From the NCBI GenBank assembly GCA_030265395.1, contig JARFYF010000051.1, forward strand, positions 33,846,146 through 33,910,145: a stretch of DNA of 64,000 bases, read 5' to 3'. Shown in pieces: positions 11,800-25,144 of the stretch (its first letter is position 1; each line of letters starts with the position of its first letter). Position numbers and translations under genes: made by a program. Under the pieces are notes generated by a model. It searched no databases, was not told where the DNA came from, and saw nothing but the letters and a program-made list of their open reading frames with translations. The DNA is from Rhina ancylostomus. Lineage: Eukaryota.

Positions 11800-13450
11800 C
11801 CATTCGATAAGAACACAGGTATTCTGATTGCTGCTCCTTCCTACATATCTCTCATCCCTTTGCTTATTAAGAAACCATCTAAATCTGCCTTAAAAGTGAA
11901 GACTTTCTTCCTCAAAGGATGTTGCAAGCAGAAGTCCAAAAACTCACCACCTTCAAAAGAAAGAAAAATCCACATTTCTTAAGTGAATGATTTGTTCTTT
12001 CCAAACAGTGACCCACAGTTCTAAATTCCTCGAGAAGATGAAACATCATCTCTGCATCCATCCCATCAGGAGCTTGTGCATTTTAATCAACTCGTCTCTC
12101 ATTTTTCAAAACTCCAGAAGATAGAAACCTTTCCCGTACAAACCATTCCTCAAAACACTGCCCTCCCATTCCAGATATCAGTGGATGCATTTATATCTTT
12201 CCTTAAATAAGGAGATCAGTACTGTGCACAGTAGGGCACGTGCGGTCTCACTGTTGGGAGCACTCCTGTGTTCTGGGGGATTACATATAACACTTCACTT
12301 TTAGAATTTTACTGTATTAAAAGAAAGCTTCTCCATCTCTGCCCAATGCCTCTCCAACCTAAACCACAATCAATCCATCCCAACACATTTATAACCAGAA
12401 TTTGAACATTATAGGATAAAGAGTGGGGCCATAAGGGGGAAACTATTCTCAGCAAGTTCAATACCTGGTATGTACAATATCAGTAATAATTCATGAGCAT
12501 TGCAATAGTGTACGACCCTCAGGGATTATGTGAAAGCACTTAATCATCTAGTTAATGATAGTGCTGAAGTCAAGTGTCCACATGTTTTATACAATGTTCC
12601 ATCTTGTCTCCCCTTCAGATCAAGGAGACTCAAATAGGCAGAAGTCCAAGGCATCCCTGGAAGAGATGTCCTCTAGTGGTGCCATATGCAAAGAAACATG
12701 CACATTTTCAGTAATGCACAAGTGAGACCAGCTGCCACATAACCGCATACCCCAGTAAGAGGAAAAACAGTAGCAGCATGTGCTGGAGGAATATGCAAAG
12801 TTCATCATACACTGAAGCAGTACATGGCCATTTAGCTCCTTCTGCCCTTTCATTCATTCAATGAAACCTTGACTGATCTGGGACTTAACCTCATATTCCA
12901 TGGTCTCAAATCCCAAATTACCTTTGATAATTTTTTGTTAACAAATCTCAGCACTTAAAGCTGACAATTACCTTGCATCAGTTTGAAGAATTCCAAACTT
13001 CTACCACCCTCCAGATGTACACATTTCTTGACAAGGATCCTTCTAACTTTTTTTAGTCCTACCTTTTTCAATCAGAAGAAATAAGCTTCACCATGTCCAC
13101 CCTCTCAATTCCATAATATTTTCAGCTTCAATCTTTCCTTAGATACAAGCAATACAGTAAATAGTATTCTACATGTTGGCTTCATGTTTGAAAGTTTGCT
13201 GATAAATACATCCCATGCCTTTGTTCTGGTGGATCATAGGTAATGATATCTTAGCTTCACTTTTCTAATTTCACAGCAACTAGCAAAAAAAAACCTTCAC
13301 CATTTTCACCTGACACCTCTCTCCAGAAAATACAACCATAGGTTGTATAATCTCTCCTCATAATTTAACTCTCAAAGTTCAGGTGTCATTCCTATAAATC
13401 TACACTGCATTCCTTGCAAAGCCAGTGGATCCTCTGAAAAGGGAAGTCCA
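11800..13450 (-). mobile_element. Two degenerate CR1-type LINE 3' fragments (about 11800-12250 and 12820-13450)
   Basis: Reverse-complement CR1 features: GGCCATTTAGCTCC..CATTCAATGA..GACTGATCTG and AAATAAGGAGATCAGTACTGTGCACAGTA. Confidence 0.55.
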
Positions 13451-15487
13451 GAAGAGCATGCATTGCTACTTAATATTGCAGGGATTTACAACTATGCACC
13501 AGGAAAAAAATGCACTGTTATTTGTTACTGTAAATCATGTAAAAGCAAGTCAAATTTAGTGAACCCTGACCTTTTCCAATAGGTCCTTGTAGGTGTTTCT
13601 GCAGAGCTCAATACAATAGTTAGCAAGATCAACATCCACCACTATTGTTCTCATCTTCTAGATTGCATCTGCTTCCAACTGAAGCCCACAGGCTCGTCTG
13701 TCCCCAATAAAGCACATCACGCAAAATAGTTGTAGCATCTGAAATACTCTTCCAGCTTTTCAAATATCAGCTTTAACAATTCTAGTTCTGCCATGTACGT
13801 GGCTGCATAGAACAGGGATAAACAATTCAGGTCCTCTACCTATTCCACATAACAACTTAGCCAGTAAGTGTAATGATTCTTGATTTAAGTCAGTCGGGCC
13901 AGCAAGTTTTTGTAGTGTTCGACAATTTTATGGTCTTCTCTCTGGAATGGTTTAGCTCTAGTTTTAAGATGACTTTGTCTTGAATTCACCGAGCAGCTGA
14001 AAAGTCTCTCTCTATACACTAGCAATTACCTTGAGCCTAGAACCACAGTCTAGTTACACCACCTCTGCAATACACAAACTTTGATCTATTCTGGTGTTTT
14101 TTTACTGTACACCTTTCAAGGCTGACATGTCCCTGGATAAAGGCAGAGTTTCAGCAAAGGTTGCACAATGTGGCCTACACTAAAGTTGCATTTAATTTCC
14201 TTGAATGAAAGCATTAAAAACCTCTGCCTCAGAAACTGCACCTTTGCTCTGTACAGACTGAATGTCACCAACGTGATGCTTCAGCAAATGGCAAAGTAGG
14301 ACTTCAGTTATCCTCTAAATAGCGATGGTAAGTGACTGACTCCTGGGTCATACTGTGGGTGTCTAAAAAGTTACAATGAAAGGAAAATTGAAGACATTGG
14401 TGTGGTAACTGGTTAGCCAGACACTGTACTTACAGGGGGATCAACATCTCCCTCCAAATACTCAAATCAGCTACACCAAGTTGCTCTGACCCACCATTTA
14501 AACAGGCTTAATTTGGGATGTTCACTCTGTGTCCTCTGCTGCCGTGGGACACCCAGTCTTCCTGCATTCAAAAATGGTTAAAAAGAGCTGCCACACCCAT
14601 ATTATGGGGCTAAATATTTCTCCAAGCTAAAATATAGAGTTTGTTCCAATAGCTATTCCATTCATTTTGCTGTAACGTCATGACTGCAAAGCTCATTAAG
14701 CAAACCACTTCAACCTTTCCTTAGTTCGTCTCTCCTTAATATTGCAAATATGGAATAACACTCCTGTGTAACATACAAGGTTGTGGTATCGTTTCTGTTG
14801 CTACTTTTCTGTGATTTAAGAAAGTTAAAGGCAGGTGATTTTAATCTTTCCTGAATATATTTCCATCAGAAGACGATACACGCTTTCATTAATTTTCTAA
14901 AATATTAAATTTAATATACGCACACCTCAGCCACAAGCTAATGAACAAACATTCCACAATGTATCATTTTTATATTAGATCCTACATATTTATAGACTTC
15001 AACACAATTATTACCCTCAGGGGCTTGGAGTTGGCAGGAAGGCCCCCAAAGGCTGTAGAAACGTTAATGAATTTTCCTATTAATGTGCAGAGCCGGCTTC
15101 TTGGCAAGTACTGGTATCTCCATCACTATTTAAACATGCTTTACTATTAATTTGTTTAACCCTATGAATGCTATTGGTTATTCAGAACTTGAAGAATCAG
15201 AAGCTGACAAATTTTCTATTAATGCTTTATGGTGTTAACTCCAGCATATTAAGTTGTTCGAAGAATGCTCACTGCATTTTCTTGGGGTGGGGGAACATTA
15301 TACAGTCAAGCCAGACTTTGTGGTGATTAATGGGCAGCATTTTCTATAGTCAAAAATCTAATATAAAGCAGATGGGTTTCAGAAAAATGATTTGAATTTA
15401 CAGTGAGTACCAGATGTTACATTCTTTTAACTAATTGGGTTTCCGTGTGCACTGCTGGCAATGAGGGCTTTTGATCAAAAACTTTAC

Positions 15488-15613
15488 CTCTGATTGCAGA
15501 GCTGACAAGCAAAGCAGTCCAGGTGATAAACATTGTCCTTGGCCCTCATGACCATCTCAAAGGCAGGAATCAGCTTACTGCATGCGGCACAATTCCCCGT
15601 CACACCAAACAAC
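15488..15613 (-). CDS. LMO3: LMO3 coding exon 2 (most of LIM domain 2)
   Basis: Not in the ORF track; read manually as (R)LFGVTGNCAACSKLIPAFEMVMRAKDNVYHLDCFACQLCNQ(R). Acceptor TTTGCAG|G at 15615-15614, donor CAGAG|GTAAAG at 15487. 126 nt, phase 2-2. Confidence 0.98.
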
Positions 15614-15949
15614 CTGCAAAACAAGGAAGACAAACAAATTCAGCACTAGTCACAGAATCATGCACCTCTCGCTGGCTAGACATTTATTTACCTTCCCACA
15701 TCTCGGCTGGGAAAGTCTTTGTGCTCCCTGTTCAGCCTTAGCCCAAGGCCTGGTGAACCCTAATTCAAGCTTTCAATTCATGCCTGGGTGATGGAAGAGC
15801 TGAGGGATCTCAAATTATGCAGAAGAGGCCAAAGTAATTAGGGTTCATATTCAGAGAAGTGAACGTCAAGAGACATGACTATACTGCAGACGTCGGCACA
15901 AATAAAAGCAGCAACTGGTTCCATTAACAGAAGGGCTAGTAATGGAGTT

Positions 15950-16600
15950 CAGAAGGATGAGGGTAGAATCTCATTGAAACCTACCAAATATTGAGGGGAT
16001 GTTTTCCAGTAGTAGGAGTCCAGGATCTGAGGGCACAGCCTCAGAATAAGAGGGACTTCCCTTTAGAACTGAGATGAGGAGGAATTTCTTCAGTCAGAGG
16101 GTGGCGAGTCTGTAGAATTCATTGCCACAGAGGGCTGTGGAGGCCAAGTCATTGAGTGTATTTAACACAGAGATTGATAACTTCTTGCTTGGTAAGGGGG
16201 TTCAGGGAGAAGGCAGGAGAATGGGGTTGAGAAATAAAAGTCAGCAATGATTGAATGGCGGAGCAGAATCAATGGGCCAAATGGCCTAATTCTGCTACTA
16301 TATCTTATGGCAATCAGAGATCACATTTAACAAAAAATAATTTGCATGAGGACCAGAGGGAAGATGGAGGTACTTTTTTTTTGAGAAAGGTAAACATACA
16401 AGGATGATAATTGGTAACATTCTGGGTAAAAAGTGCTAGAACTGGACTGCATTGCATCTTTTTAAAAGAGAATTTGATAAATATTTCAAGAAATAATTTG
16501 CAGGGCAATAGGGAAAGAGCAACAACAGGCAAATGATTAGGTAGCTCTTCCACTAAACAGATGCAATGGGCCAAATGGTTCCCTTTCAGAGCTGAGTGAT
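15950..16600 (+). mobile_element. Two tandem CR1-type LINE 3' fragments
   Basis: GGGCACAGCCTCAGAATAAGAGG..TTTAGAACTGAGATGAGGAGGAATTTCTTCAGTCAGAGGGTGG..ATGGGCCAAATGGCCTAATTCTGCT, with a second more decayed copy at 16330-16600. Confidence 0.8.
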
Positions 16601-17117
16601 CATGAAAGAGATTTCACTGCAACGCAAAACAGGTTTTCAAAAAATCCAAGTTCACAGAGGGGAAGCTGTGAATTCTTTATTAGGGAAGAGGGGCAAATCA
16701 GAGTAGAAAGTGGCGCAATAAGGATCTCAATGCAAAACAGCACAAATCACAGGCCTTAAAAATGTGAACTCAAATGGGATCAACACTGAGAGTTNNNNNN
16801 NNNNNNNNNNNNNNNNNNNNNNNNAGGGTCCTACTCTCCCTCTGGAAGACGAATAATAGTCCTTACTTTCAATGTGGCAACAGGAAATATGAGAGCTCTT
16901 ATTGGACTATCTTAAAACACCATTACCTCGATAATAGGGTGCACTGGGGAAATAAACATCCTGATTTGAAACACTCACCAAACTAAAGATGTATATTTTT
17001 TCTTGGTAATTTTTGCTTTAGACAATGTATTTCTCTGGCGTCAGGAAGGGGAGGAAGTGAGTATTAACGCTGCAAAATGAGGCACTGAATTCAGACACCC
17101 AGAGTGAGTCATCAAGT

Positions 17118-17215
17118 TGTCCTGATGTAGGGTCTCAACCTGAAACATCGTCTTACACCATTTGCATCCACAGATGCTGCTTGACCTGCTGAGTTCTCTT
17201 GGCCTTTGTGTCAGT
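17118..17215 (+). mobile_element. Penelope-derived element with a degenerate hammerhead motif
   Basis: GTC-CTGATGT-AGGGTCTCAACCT-GAAA-CATC followed by CCACAGATGCTGCTTGACCTGCTGAGTT. Confidence 0.6.
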
Positions 17216-17427
17216 ATCAAGCACTTACTAATCAACTGGAACCAGTAATGGAACAATAACCACACGTTGCCTCAAAGCACCTTAACCAAAACTTGCCGAG
17301 AAGAACCACCGAAAGCAGCAAAGGATTTAGTATGCAACTAAGATGAAGATGATTCAGGCAGTTTGTAAAAAGATTCCTCTTTAAATTGTATATTTTGCAA
17401 TTCTACCTTTGCATATTAAATGCTTAA

Positions 17428-17615
17428 CAAAACCAGAATGCTGGAAATACTCAGCAGTTTGGGCAACATCTATGGAGAGACAAATAGTTAATGTTTCGGG
17501 TTAATAATCAACCTAAAACTTTAACTCTGTTTTCCTCTCCACAAACGCTGCCTGACCTGCGGAGTATTTCCAGCATTTTGGCTTTAATTCTGACTTAAGT
17601 CATCTGCAGTTTTTT
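17428..17615. mobile_element. Palindromic Penelope-derived element
   Basis: AATGCTGGAAATACTCAGCAG..CATCTATGGAGAG is inverted relative to CTCTCCACAAACGCTGCCTGACCTGCGGAGTATTTCCAGCATT. Confidence 0.65.
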
Positions 17616-17679
17616 TTGTTTTCTACACCAGATTCATTTCCAATCAAGCCACCATATCCCCATGGCTCCCACTCCATGC

Positions 17680-17845
17680 TGTGGAGTCATGAAGTATGGA
17701 AACAGGCCCTTTGGCCCACCACATCGAACCCCATGTTTTCAGAGGCAGAACATGCAAACTCCACACAGACAGGACCCAAGGTCAGGATTGAAGCAGTGTC
17801 TCTGGAGCTGTTGAGGCAGCAGTCCCAACTACTGCACCACCAGCT
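17680..17845 (-). mobile_element. Internally deleted HE1/V-SINE-like element
   Basis: AACATGCAAACTCCACACAGACAG..GGAGCTGTTGAGGCAGC head joined to the GGAAACAGGCCCTTTGGCCCA tail. Confidence 0.7.
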
Positions 17846-18391
17846 ATGTTGTTTATCCCCAGCTTTGTATTGGTGGAAGGTGCAGCTATACCAATGTAGG
17901 ATAGTTTCCTTGAAAAGGAAGAGATCTTGACCAGCATAGATATAACACTGCCTCCTAGTGGAGGATCCCAGTAAAGCACTATAACCACTCAAGTAAACCC
18001 TTTTGAGAAGGAAGGTAGATACAGATGTACATTGTTTGGAATGAATACAGGCACCTAGTTGAAGGAGTTAAGAAGATAATAGATTGAAGTGGGGGAATAG
18101 CTAAAATTCCTGTTTAGCCATTAAAAACAAAAGCAGCTGTGTTCTTTCTAAAAAGACTCACGATTTTATTTTAGAGACAGAATCCAAAATTCTGGATACA
18201 CTTTCAAATTAGGTGATGTCCAATGTTACTTTCAAAGATATCAGTGCTCATCAGGCATATTCCACATTTTTTCCAACAACTATCTCCAAGGTTTTATTCC
18301 CCCAAACATACCACAAGAGAGATTATTGTTTATTTGCATTACTGGGAAAATGCACACATTGTGGATGAACTTGAAGACAAGACCAACAATT

Positions 18392-18725
18392 GGGCAGCAC
18401 AGTGACAGGGCTGGTAGAGTTGCTAACTCACAGTGTCACCATCCTGGGTTTAATCATGACTTCTGGGACAGTGTGGCATTTGCTTCCTCTGTGACTGAGG
18501 GCATTTCTCCTAGGTGCTCTGATTTTCTCCCACATTCCAGGGATGTGAAGTTGGTAGGTTAATTTGCCACTGTAATTTGTCCCCGGCGAACATGCGAGTG
18601 GTAGATTCTGGAGGGAATTAACGGGAATGTGCAGAGAGTCAAATGGAATTGCACAGAATGATTACAATGGTCAGAATGGACTTGATGGGCCAAAGGGCCT
18701 CTTTCTGTGCTGTAATGACTATGAC
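18392..18725 (+). mobile_element. HE1/V-SINE-like element
   Basis: GGCAGCACAGTG..GGTAGAGTTGCT head, CTCCCACATTCC..GGTTAATT..CTGTAATTTGTCCC body, GGGCCAAAGGGCCT tail. Confidence 0.75.
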
Positions 18726-20184
18726 AATCCTGCTTGGCCACCAAGTATTTAGCATCCTCAAACCCTCTGGTTGCTTGCAGGCTCATCTGACCAGTCTTTG
18801 TGCTCTCCAGCTCAACCTGATGTCCTAATTTAGTCCAAATCCCTTCACCCCTCTTCTCATCAGTCTATTTACCCTTTGTTTGGTAAAGCCATCACTACCA
18901 TCAGGTTTTTGCACTACAAACATTGATGGAAATATTTGAACAGTAAATTTAATTTATACTATTGACATGCATACCCGACAGGAGAATTTGCCATCAGGTA
19001 ACAGAATGTTAAGCCATTGAATTTTGGATAATAAAAATAATGAACAGAAAACTACAGCTGCATATTTCATTTCTCAATATGCACCTCTGTGGCTTAGCTC
19101 CAAACTAGGAACATAGGTGGAAAATTTTACCTTTGATGGCACAATGAAGGATATAAAAGCAATTAATCAAAAAGCTGATTAATATTTGTAATGTGATTGC
19201 ACACTAAGTTTACTCCATTGAATTTCCAGAATTGGAGTTAGTATAAACTTAGCTTTATGATTTCATTGGTACTTCAGACTAATGTGGTCACATATTCAAA
19301 GGTAAATAATATTTCTGTAGGTAGCAGAAGAAAGTGTACACTGCTGAAGTTGTGTCAGACAATTTCATTGCATTTTAATATATTATCTTGTAATTAAAAA
19401 AAGATCTGAGAATTTGTAATGCAAGAGTAGCAGATTTATAAAAATTGGTATTAATACTAATTCTTATAATCCTACATAGTACTAATAAGAAATACCCTGA
19501 AATTGATTGATGGTCTAATTGGTACAGCATGTTAAAATTTACTGAATAATCTTAGAAAACAGTTCAAAAAGCTCCTTTGCATTTTTCAAACTCCTGAGGT
19601 TACAAACAAGCAATGCACTATATTCTCAATCTTTTTCACTGCAATATTGCATTTCACCTCCAACAAGCTACCATGGGAATGGAGCTAATCTGCAGGTCAA
19701 ATGGGAAACTGCTCAACTTCTGTCAGCTTCACTTGAGAACCAAGTTCACCTGACCCAAGGCTTTGGACTGCAGTACACAGATGAAATTTGTGTTTGTTGG
19801 GAGACCAAGCTAACTTGTCAACTTGTTTAATGAAGCCCACAAAGAGTCTGAAAACTAAAGCATTCACAAAAGAAACTTCCTCTATCAATCTGCACTGCTG
19901 TATAACACTACCCATGGCAAGATCCTGGAAGATGTGGAACACTGTTCATGGCTCAGGAGCCACCACTCAGGAGAGGCAGGCATCAATGGAATTCACCACA
20001 TCTTTTAATGTGTCAGAATAGCCTTTGGATGGCTCAGGAAAAGTGTGTTTGAAGATCAAGACCACAAACCCAGCACAAAGTTTAAGGGTCTGTTGATCAG
20101 CTGTGATAATCACCTTCCTGTAAGTATCAAGGTCATAGGTGATCCACAGTAGACATCAAAATACTGGAGAGAGATTACCAATGC

Positions 20185-20285
20185 TTTACACAGGGTCTCA
20201 ACCCAAAACATCAACAATTCCTTTCCCTCCACAGATGCTGTTCCACCTGCTGAGTTCCTCCAGCAGTTTGTTTTTTTGCTCCACC
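20185..20285 (+). mobile_element. Penelope-derived element (single arm)
   Basis: AGGGTCTCAACCCAAAACATCAAC..CTCCACAGATGCTG..CTGCTGAGTTCCTCCAGC. Confidence 0.55.
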
Positions 20286-20749
20286 TTCACTGGCAGGAGA
20301 AGTAAGCCAACATCAACAAGGTCTCCCAGGCCAACATCTCTGACTTTGAGGCTCTAATTACACCCAGTGGCCCATAATGTTCATATGCCTGACAAGACTT
20401 CCCTCCCCTCCCCCCCACCCACCCCCAAACAAAAAGGCACTCTTCTCAAAGTTGTCATGTCAAAGGATCGCCAAAAGGAACTAGAAAATACTTCAAGAAT
20501 GTGCACAAAGCCATGTTCAAAATACGTAACATTCTCAGCAAACAATGGGAATCCCTGGGCTGTGACCTACCAGAATAGAAGAGGAACACTCAGGTTGCCA
20601 ATGGGAACCCAAGGTCTCTTCATTGGGAGCATACAAAACCCAGCAGAAACAGCACACCACTTATGCTACCCACCCCAGAAGGCACCTGCTTCCCCACTGG
20701 CAGCAGAGTCTGCAGATCCCACATTAACCTCTACCATCACAGAATCCAC

Positions 20750-21470
20750 AGTGGAAACAAGTGCTCTTTGGACAAGCTGCCTTACAAGGAAGGGTTGGAC
20801 AGGATAGACTTGCACCTTTGGAGTTTAGGAGTGAGATGGTGCTTGATTAAAACACATGACAATGGTGGATGTTTCCTCTTGTGGGAAACAGGAGAACTGG
20901 GGATCACTGGAGAAAGGGCTGCCTATGTAAAATGGGGAAAGAGTTGAAATTTTCTCCGAGGGCCGTGAATCCTTTAAACTCTTTTCCTTAAAAGAGCAGT
21001 GAAATTGGTGTTTGAATATTTTTTGTAAAAAAGACAAAGGTAGGTAGATTCTTGATAAGATAGGGGGTGAAAGAATACAGCAGATAGACCAGAATGGCAC
21101 GGTAGTGTAGTGGTTATCGTAATTCTATTACAGCACCAGTGACCTGGGTTCGATTCCGGCTGCTGTTTGCAAGGAGTTTGTACGTNNNNNNNNNNNNNNN
21201 NNNGGTTTCCTCTGGGTGCTCCGGTTTCCTCCCACATTCCAAAGACGTACGGGTTAGGAAGTTGTGGGCGTGCTACGTTGACGCTGGAGGCATGGCGACA
21301 CCTGCGGGCTGCCTCCAGAACACTCTATGCAAAAGATGCATTTCACTGTGTGTTTTGATGTACATGTGACTAATGAAGAAATCTTATGTTAATGTGGAGT
21401 TGAAGTTACAATCAGAACAGTGATTCTCTTATTAAATGGCAAGAGCAGGAGGACTGAGTGATGTACTCCT
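20750..21470 (+). mobile_element. CR1 3' fragment interrupted by a V-SINE-like element (21095-21390) with a Rex1/L2-like tail
   Basis: CR1 RT C-terminal sequence at 20775-21090. SINE GGCACGGTAGTGTAGTGG..GGTTCGATTCC..GGTTTCCTCCCACATTCCAAAGACGTAC. The CR1 tail resumes at about 21390 (TGGAGTTGAAG..TTAAATGGC..GAGCAGG). Confidence 0.7.
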
Positions 21471-22584
21471 CTCATATTTTGTATGCACAAGGGAATTCTT
21501 TTAGGGATGTACTGGTAGGCTCCACCTTTAGGTTAGTTATGGGACTGAGGTTTGTCTTTTTTTTAAAAAAGGGCTGTAGGGACAGGTCCAACACTTGAGG
21601 CCATCCCCAGTCTACACAGTGTAGCAATGCACCACATGGGCTGTATACTTCATAATTCCACTGATGAGAGTCAGTTCTGCTGAAGAGGATCTTGCAGAAC
21701 ATAGACCTGTTTTGTAATATCTGTGAGATGCAGTACTTGCTTTGGCACCAAAACCAAATGGTCTTATTAGGTCTTAATGCACATATTCCATGGCAAAAGA
21801 GATTGGAGGGTCTAACTGAACGGTTGTGGCAATCCTGCAGCTGCCCTTTTCTTGCATGGGTAATAGTAAATCATAGAACAAGCAATATTACACTGGGGAG
21901 CAATGCAGTTTAAAATGGGCCACAGCAGCACCTCCTGCCTTGAGAAACATATGGTGGATATACTGCAGAATATAATGAGTTACTGATATTAGCTGTTTGC
22001 AGTTTGATTGTAAAGCTCAACTGCCAACACATTATAAAAAAAGGAAGGAAGTCTATTTGTAATACTTCTGCATATACCATTAGCAATTTGATTATTTGAT
22101 ATAAAGCATCATTAAGAAAAATGAACTCAGCTATTTCACCTGTCAAGATGGCAATTTCACTGCTTCACCAACTGGACAGCAGTACTGGGACCTCAAATTA
22201 GTTCCCAAGCTAAAATGAAATAATGGAGTACTTAAAGCACTCAGGCATGTATATCTTTGAACATGAAATATGTTGAATAAAGCAGAGTTGCAATTTAAAA
22301 TGCAGGCAACTATTTGTTTTTGATTTATGTAAATTCAACACAGATCAATTCAAATTTTGAACTAATAAGTTTGGCTCCTTTATCTGGATAGATATTAAAA
22401 CAAATGCAAAAAAATTAAGACCCAATTGAATCTAATAAATATCTAAGTCCAAGCAACACCACCTTTGGGCTTGTACTTCCATTCGCTTCCTCAATCTCCC
22501 AAACCCCACTATTTCCTTCCTGTTTAAATTTGCTGTGGTACGTTCATCCAATATGTTACGAAAGCTCATGTACACAATACTTGG

Positions 22585-22714
22585 AAAACAAAGAGAGCTG
22601 CAGATGCTGGATTCTGAAACAAAACCAGAAATGCTTGAAGAATTCAGCCAGTCAGGCAGCATCTATGAAAAGAGAAACCAGTCAACGTTTCGAGTCAGTG
22701 ACCCTTCCTCAGGA
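22585..22714 (-). ncRNA. Penelope-derived element with an intact minimal type I hammerhead core (22680-22714)
   Basis: Minus strand reads TC-CTGAGGA-A-GGGTC(ACT)GACTC-GAAA-CG-TT-GACT: CUGANGA box, stem II, GAAA box, palindromic stem III (AACGTT) and an NUH site. Confidence 0.6.
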
Positions 22715-25144
22715 TATTTCCTCACCATACTTGTACTGATCAATGGAGCATCATCGTCCTTTAAGCTCTGCCTATACTCTCCTTACTTAATATCTATATG
22801 CAAATTTAGTGCTGTGGTCACTTGCTTGCAAGTGAAGAGCTTCAAGAACCTTTGCCCATTTTGAACTCCCTGACCCAAAGTAGTTGAGATCAGTGACTGA
22901 GCTCAAACTGGGTACTCATCAGGAATCGATCCTTGGACTTTTCCAGGATTGCATAAACTTGTTATTCAACAGAAAAACTGTGCATTTGAGGAAACCCAAA
23001 GCTTACACTAAATTATTACAACAAAGGTTAAAAAGACAATTTGCTAAAGTACTTGCAATGTATTTAAATATTCCTTAGAAGATTTCATACCAGACTAATT
23101 AAACAGTATTCCTTTTGGGAAAATGTTTTAATTTGATCCAACTCAAAGCACAATTCATATTGGGGACAGACCGGCAACAATGGAAGTTTTTTTTAAAAAT
23201 AACATGACTTTTCTTTAATCTATTCCAAAGTGGAACAAGATTTGGCCATTTTATATATATAGAAACTATGTGTTATAATGGAATGAGTTTTACAAAAGTG
23301 ATGCAAATCTTTAATGGTGCTATAAACAGCAGCAATGGAACATCCTGTTCACTATCTGTGAATCGACCTGTTCTTCTGAGGTTTACAGCTATGGTAACTA
23401 CCATTACTTTAGTTTAGAGTACAATATTAAATGACCCCTCATTTATGCACCTGTTCTTGTCTGGAGAAGTTAGTCGTTTTGCAAAATCTTCCTATTCATT
23501 GATACGTATTTCTGTTAATTTGGAACAGTGAAGATACATTGAACTTATGTTGACTCTGTGACCAAGTTCCCTCATACGTTTTTCCAGCCATCTCCTACAC
23601 TGCCTTAGGGAGTGGTGGTTGCAGAATAGAACTGCACTGATGCACCTCAAGGGTGCAATATCATGAAGCCCAAAATCCAAGCTTCAGCCCTGTAAACATG
23701 CTGAAATTTATTCTACAATTCCACCCACAACACATTTTAACATTAGTGCATTTGAAATGCTTCTGTCCAATTACTGGCTCTTGGTCATTTCAATTCCATT
23801 AAATCATCAATCAAACTTTATAGAAAAAGAGAGAATAATATATAGTCAGAAGATACCATTAGGAGAAAGCTATTTTCATTTTGCTTGAAGTTGAAACTGC
23901 ACATTGGAAATATTGCCAAAGTGCATTTCGTTCTAGACCAGACAATGATTGTATTTCATCTGCAAACAAGATGGGAGTCTAAAAATTTGGCATGGCTGTG
24001 CTTGAAGGTGGTTCTGCAGGGATATCAACCATCCTAGCTATATGACCAATGACAACGACACCTTAACATTTTACGGGAACTTTGCAGGACCATTCAACAA
24101 ACAATTGATCGGCAGTTCACCAAGGAACACTGCATCATTGGACACAGCTTTGTGCATACCATGAAACAGCATAACACAGACAAGAAGGATCATCCAAACT
24201 GATACCTTCAGAGCCAATTACTTATAATCGTCGTACCTAAACAGGAACAGTCATAATGCAAATCGGCAGACCAAACACAAGTGACCAGCACCATGATACC
24301 TAGATCTAGGGAGCACGCAGAGCTGAGGGAATGTGGAGGTTTTATTCTTGTGGTGACAATGGTTCAAACATCTGTGTCACATAGGACAGATATGCCCTCT
24401 TTTCAAGTACTATTCACGTTAGCATCGTGTTAGATGCAGGAATAAACCTGGGAGGTGGCCTTAAAGAATATTCCAGAAAAAATTGAGAATTTAGTATGTT
24501 GCAGAACACTTGCAGAGAAGGGGCAGCTGGAGACCACACGAGAAGGTATTGAAGATAGGGATATGGGTCTAAGCGAAGCTGTTTGCTCATAACCAGCAAG
24601 CTGAGAACATGGGCAACATTAACGTGCATTGAATACGTTTGCAACCATGAAACTAATTGCTCTATTGCTCTTGTTTTCTATTACATATATCGTAAACAAA
24701 AATGAGTTTATGCTGTAGCGTTAGATACTCAATGACCAAGATGCAAGGGTCTTAACATAAAACAACTTTACAGCTCCCAATTGAGAGCACCAATTTTGCA
24801 TTTGCCGTATGATTTCATGCCTGTTCACTTTAATGGATAGAATGCCATAAAGCAAGATAATATTGTGAATTCCCGGCATGTCAGTTGATGTGTGATCAGT
24901 GTGCTGGTGCAGTGATGAATATTTACCTCAGTCAGATATGTGCAGTCTTATGGGAGTTTTAATGTGCTTTTAACCATATGTTGTGCGGTGAATTTCATGC
25001 AGCTCAGATACTGTTCCCTTTGCTACATGCCTCCTTTGATAAAGGATAAGCAATAGCAAAGGGTTGCACTGGCCCATGGACGACTTGCAACATAAAGAGG
25101 TTTTCTGCTAGATTCAATGTGGCTCATGAGGAGATAAATATCAT

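Noticed and set aside
11450-11803. Possible RTE LINE C-terminal remnant (also about 23960-24370)
   Set aside because: The resemblance is too weak to call without a search.
21095-21170. tRNA-like sequence with A and B boxes
   Set aside because: It continues directly into a SINE body, so it is a SINE head and not a tRNA gene. The same holds for the other copies.
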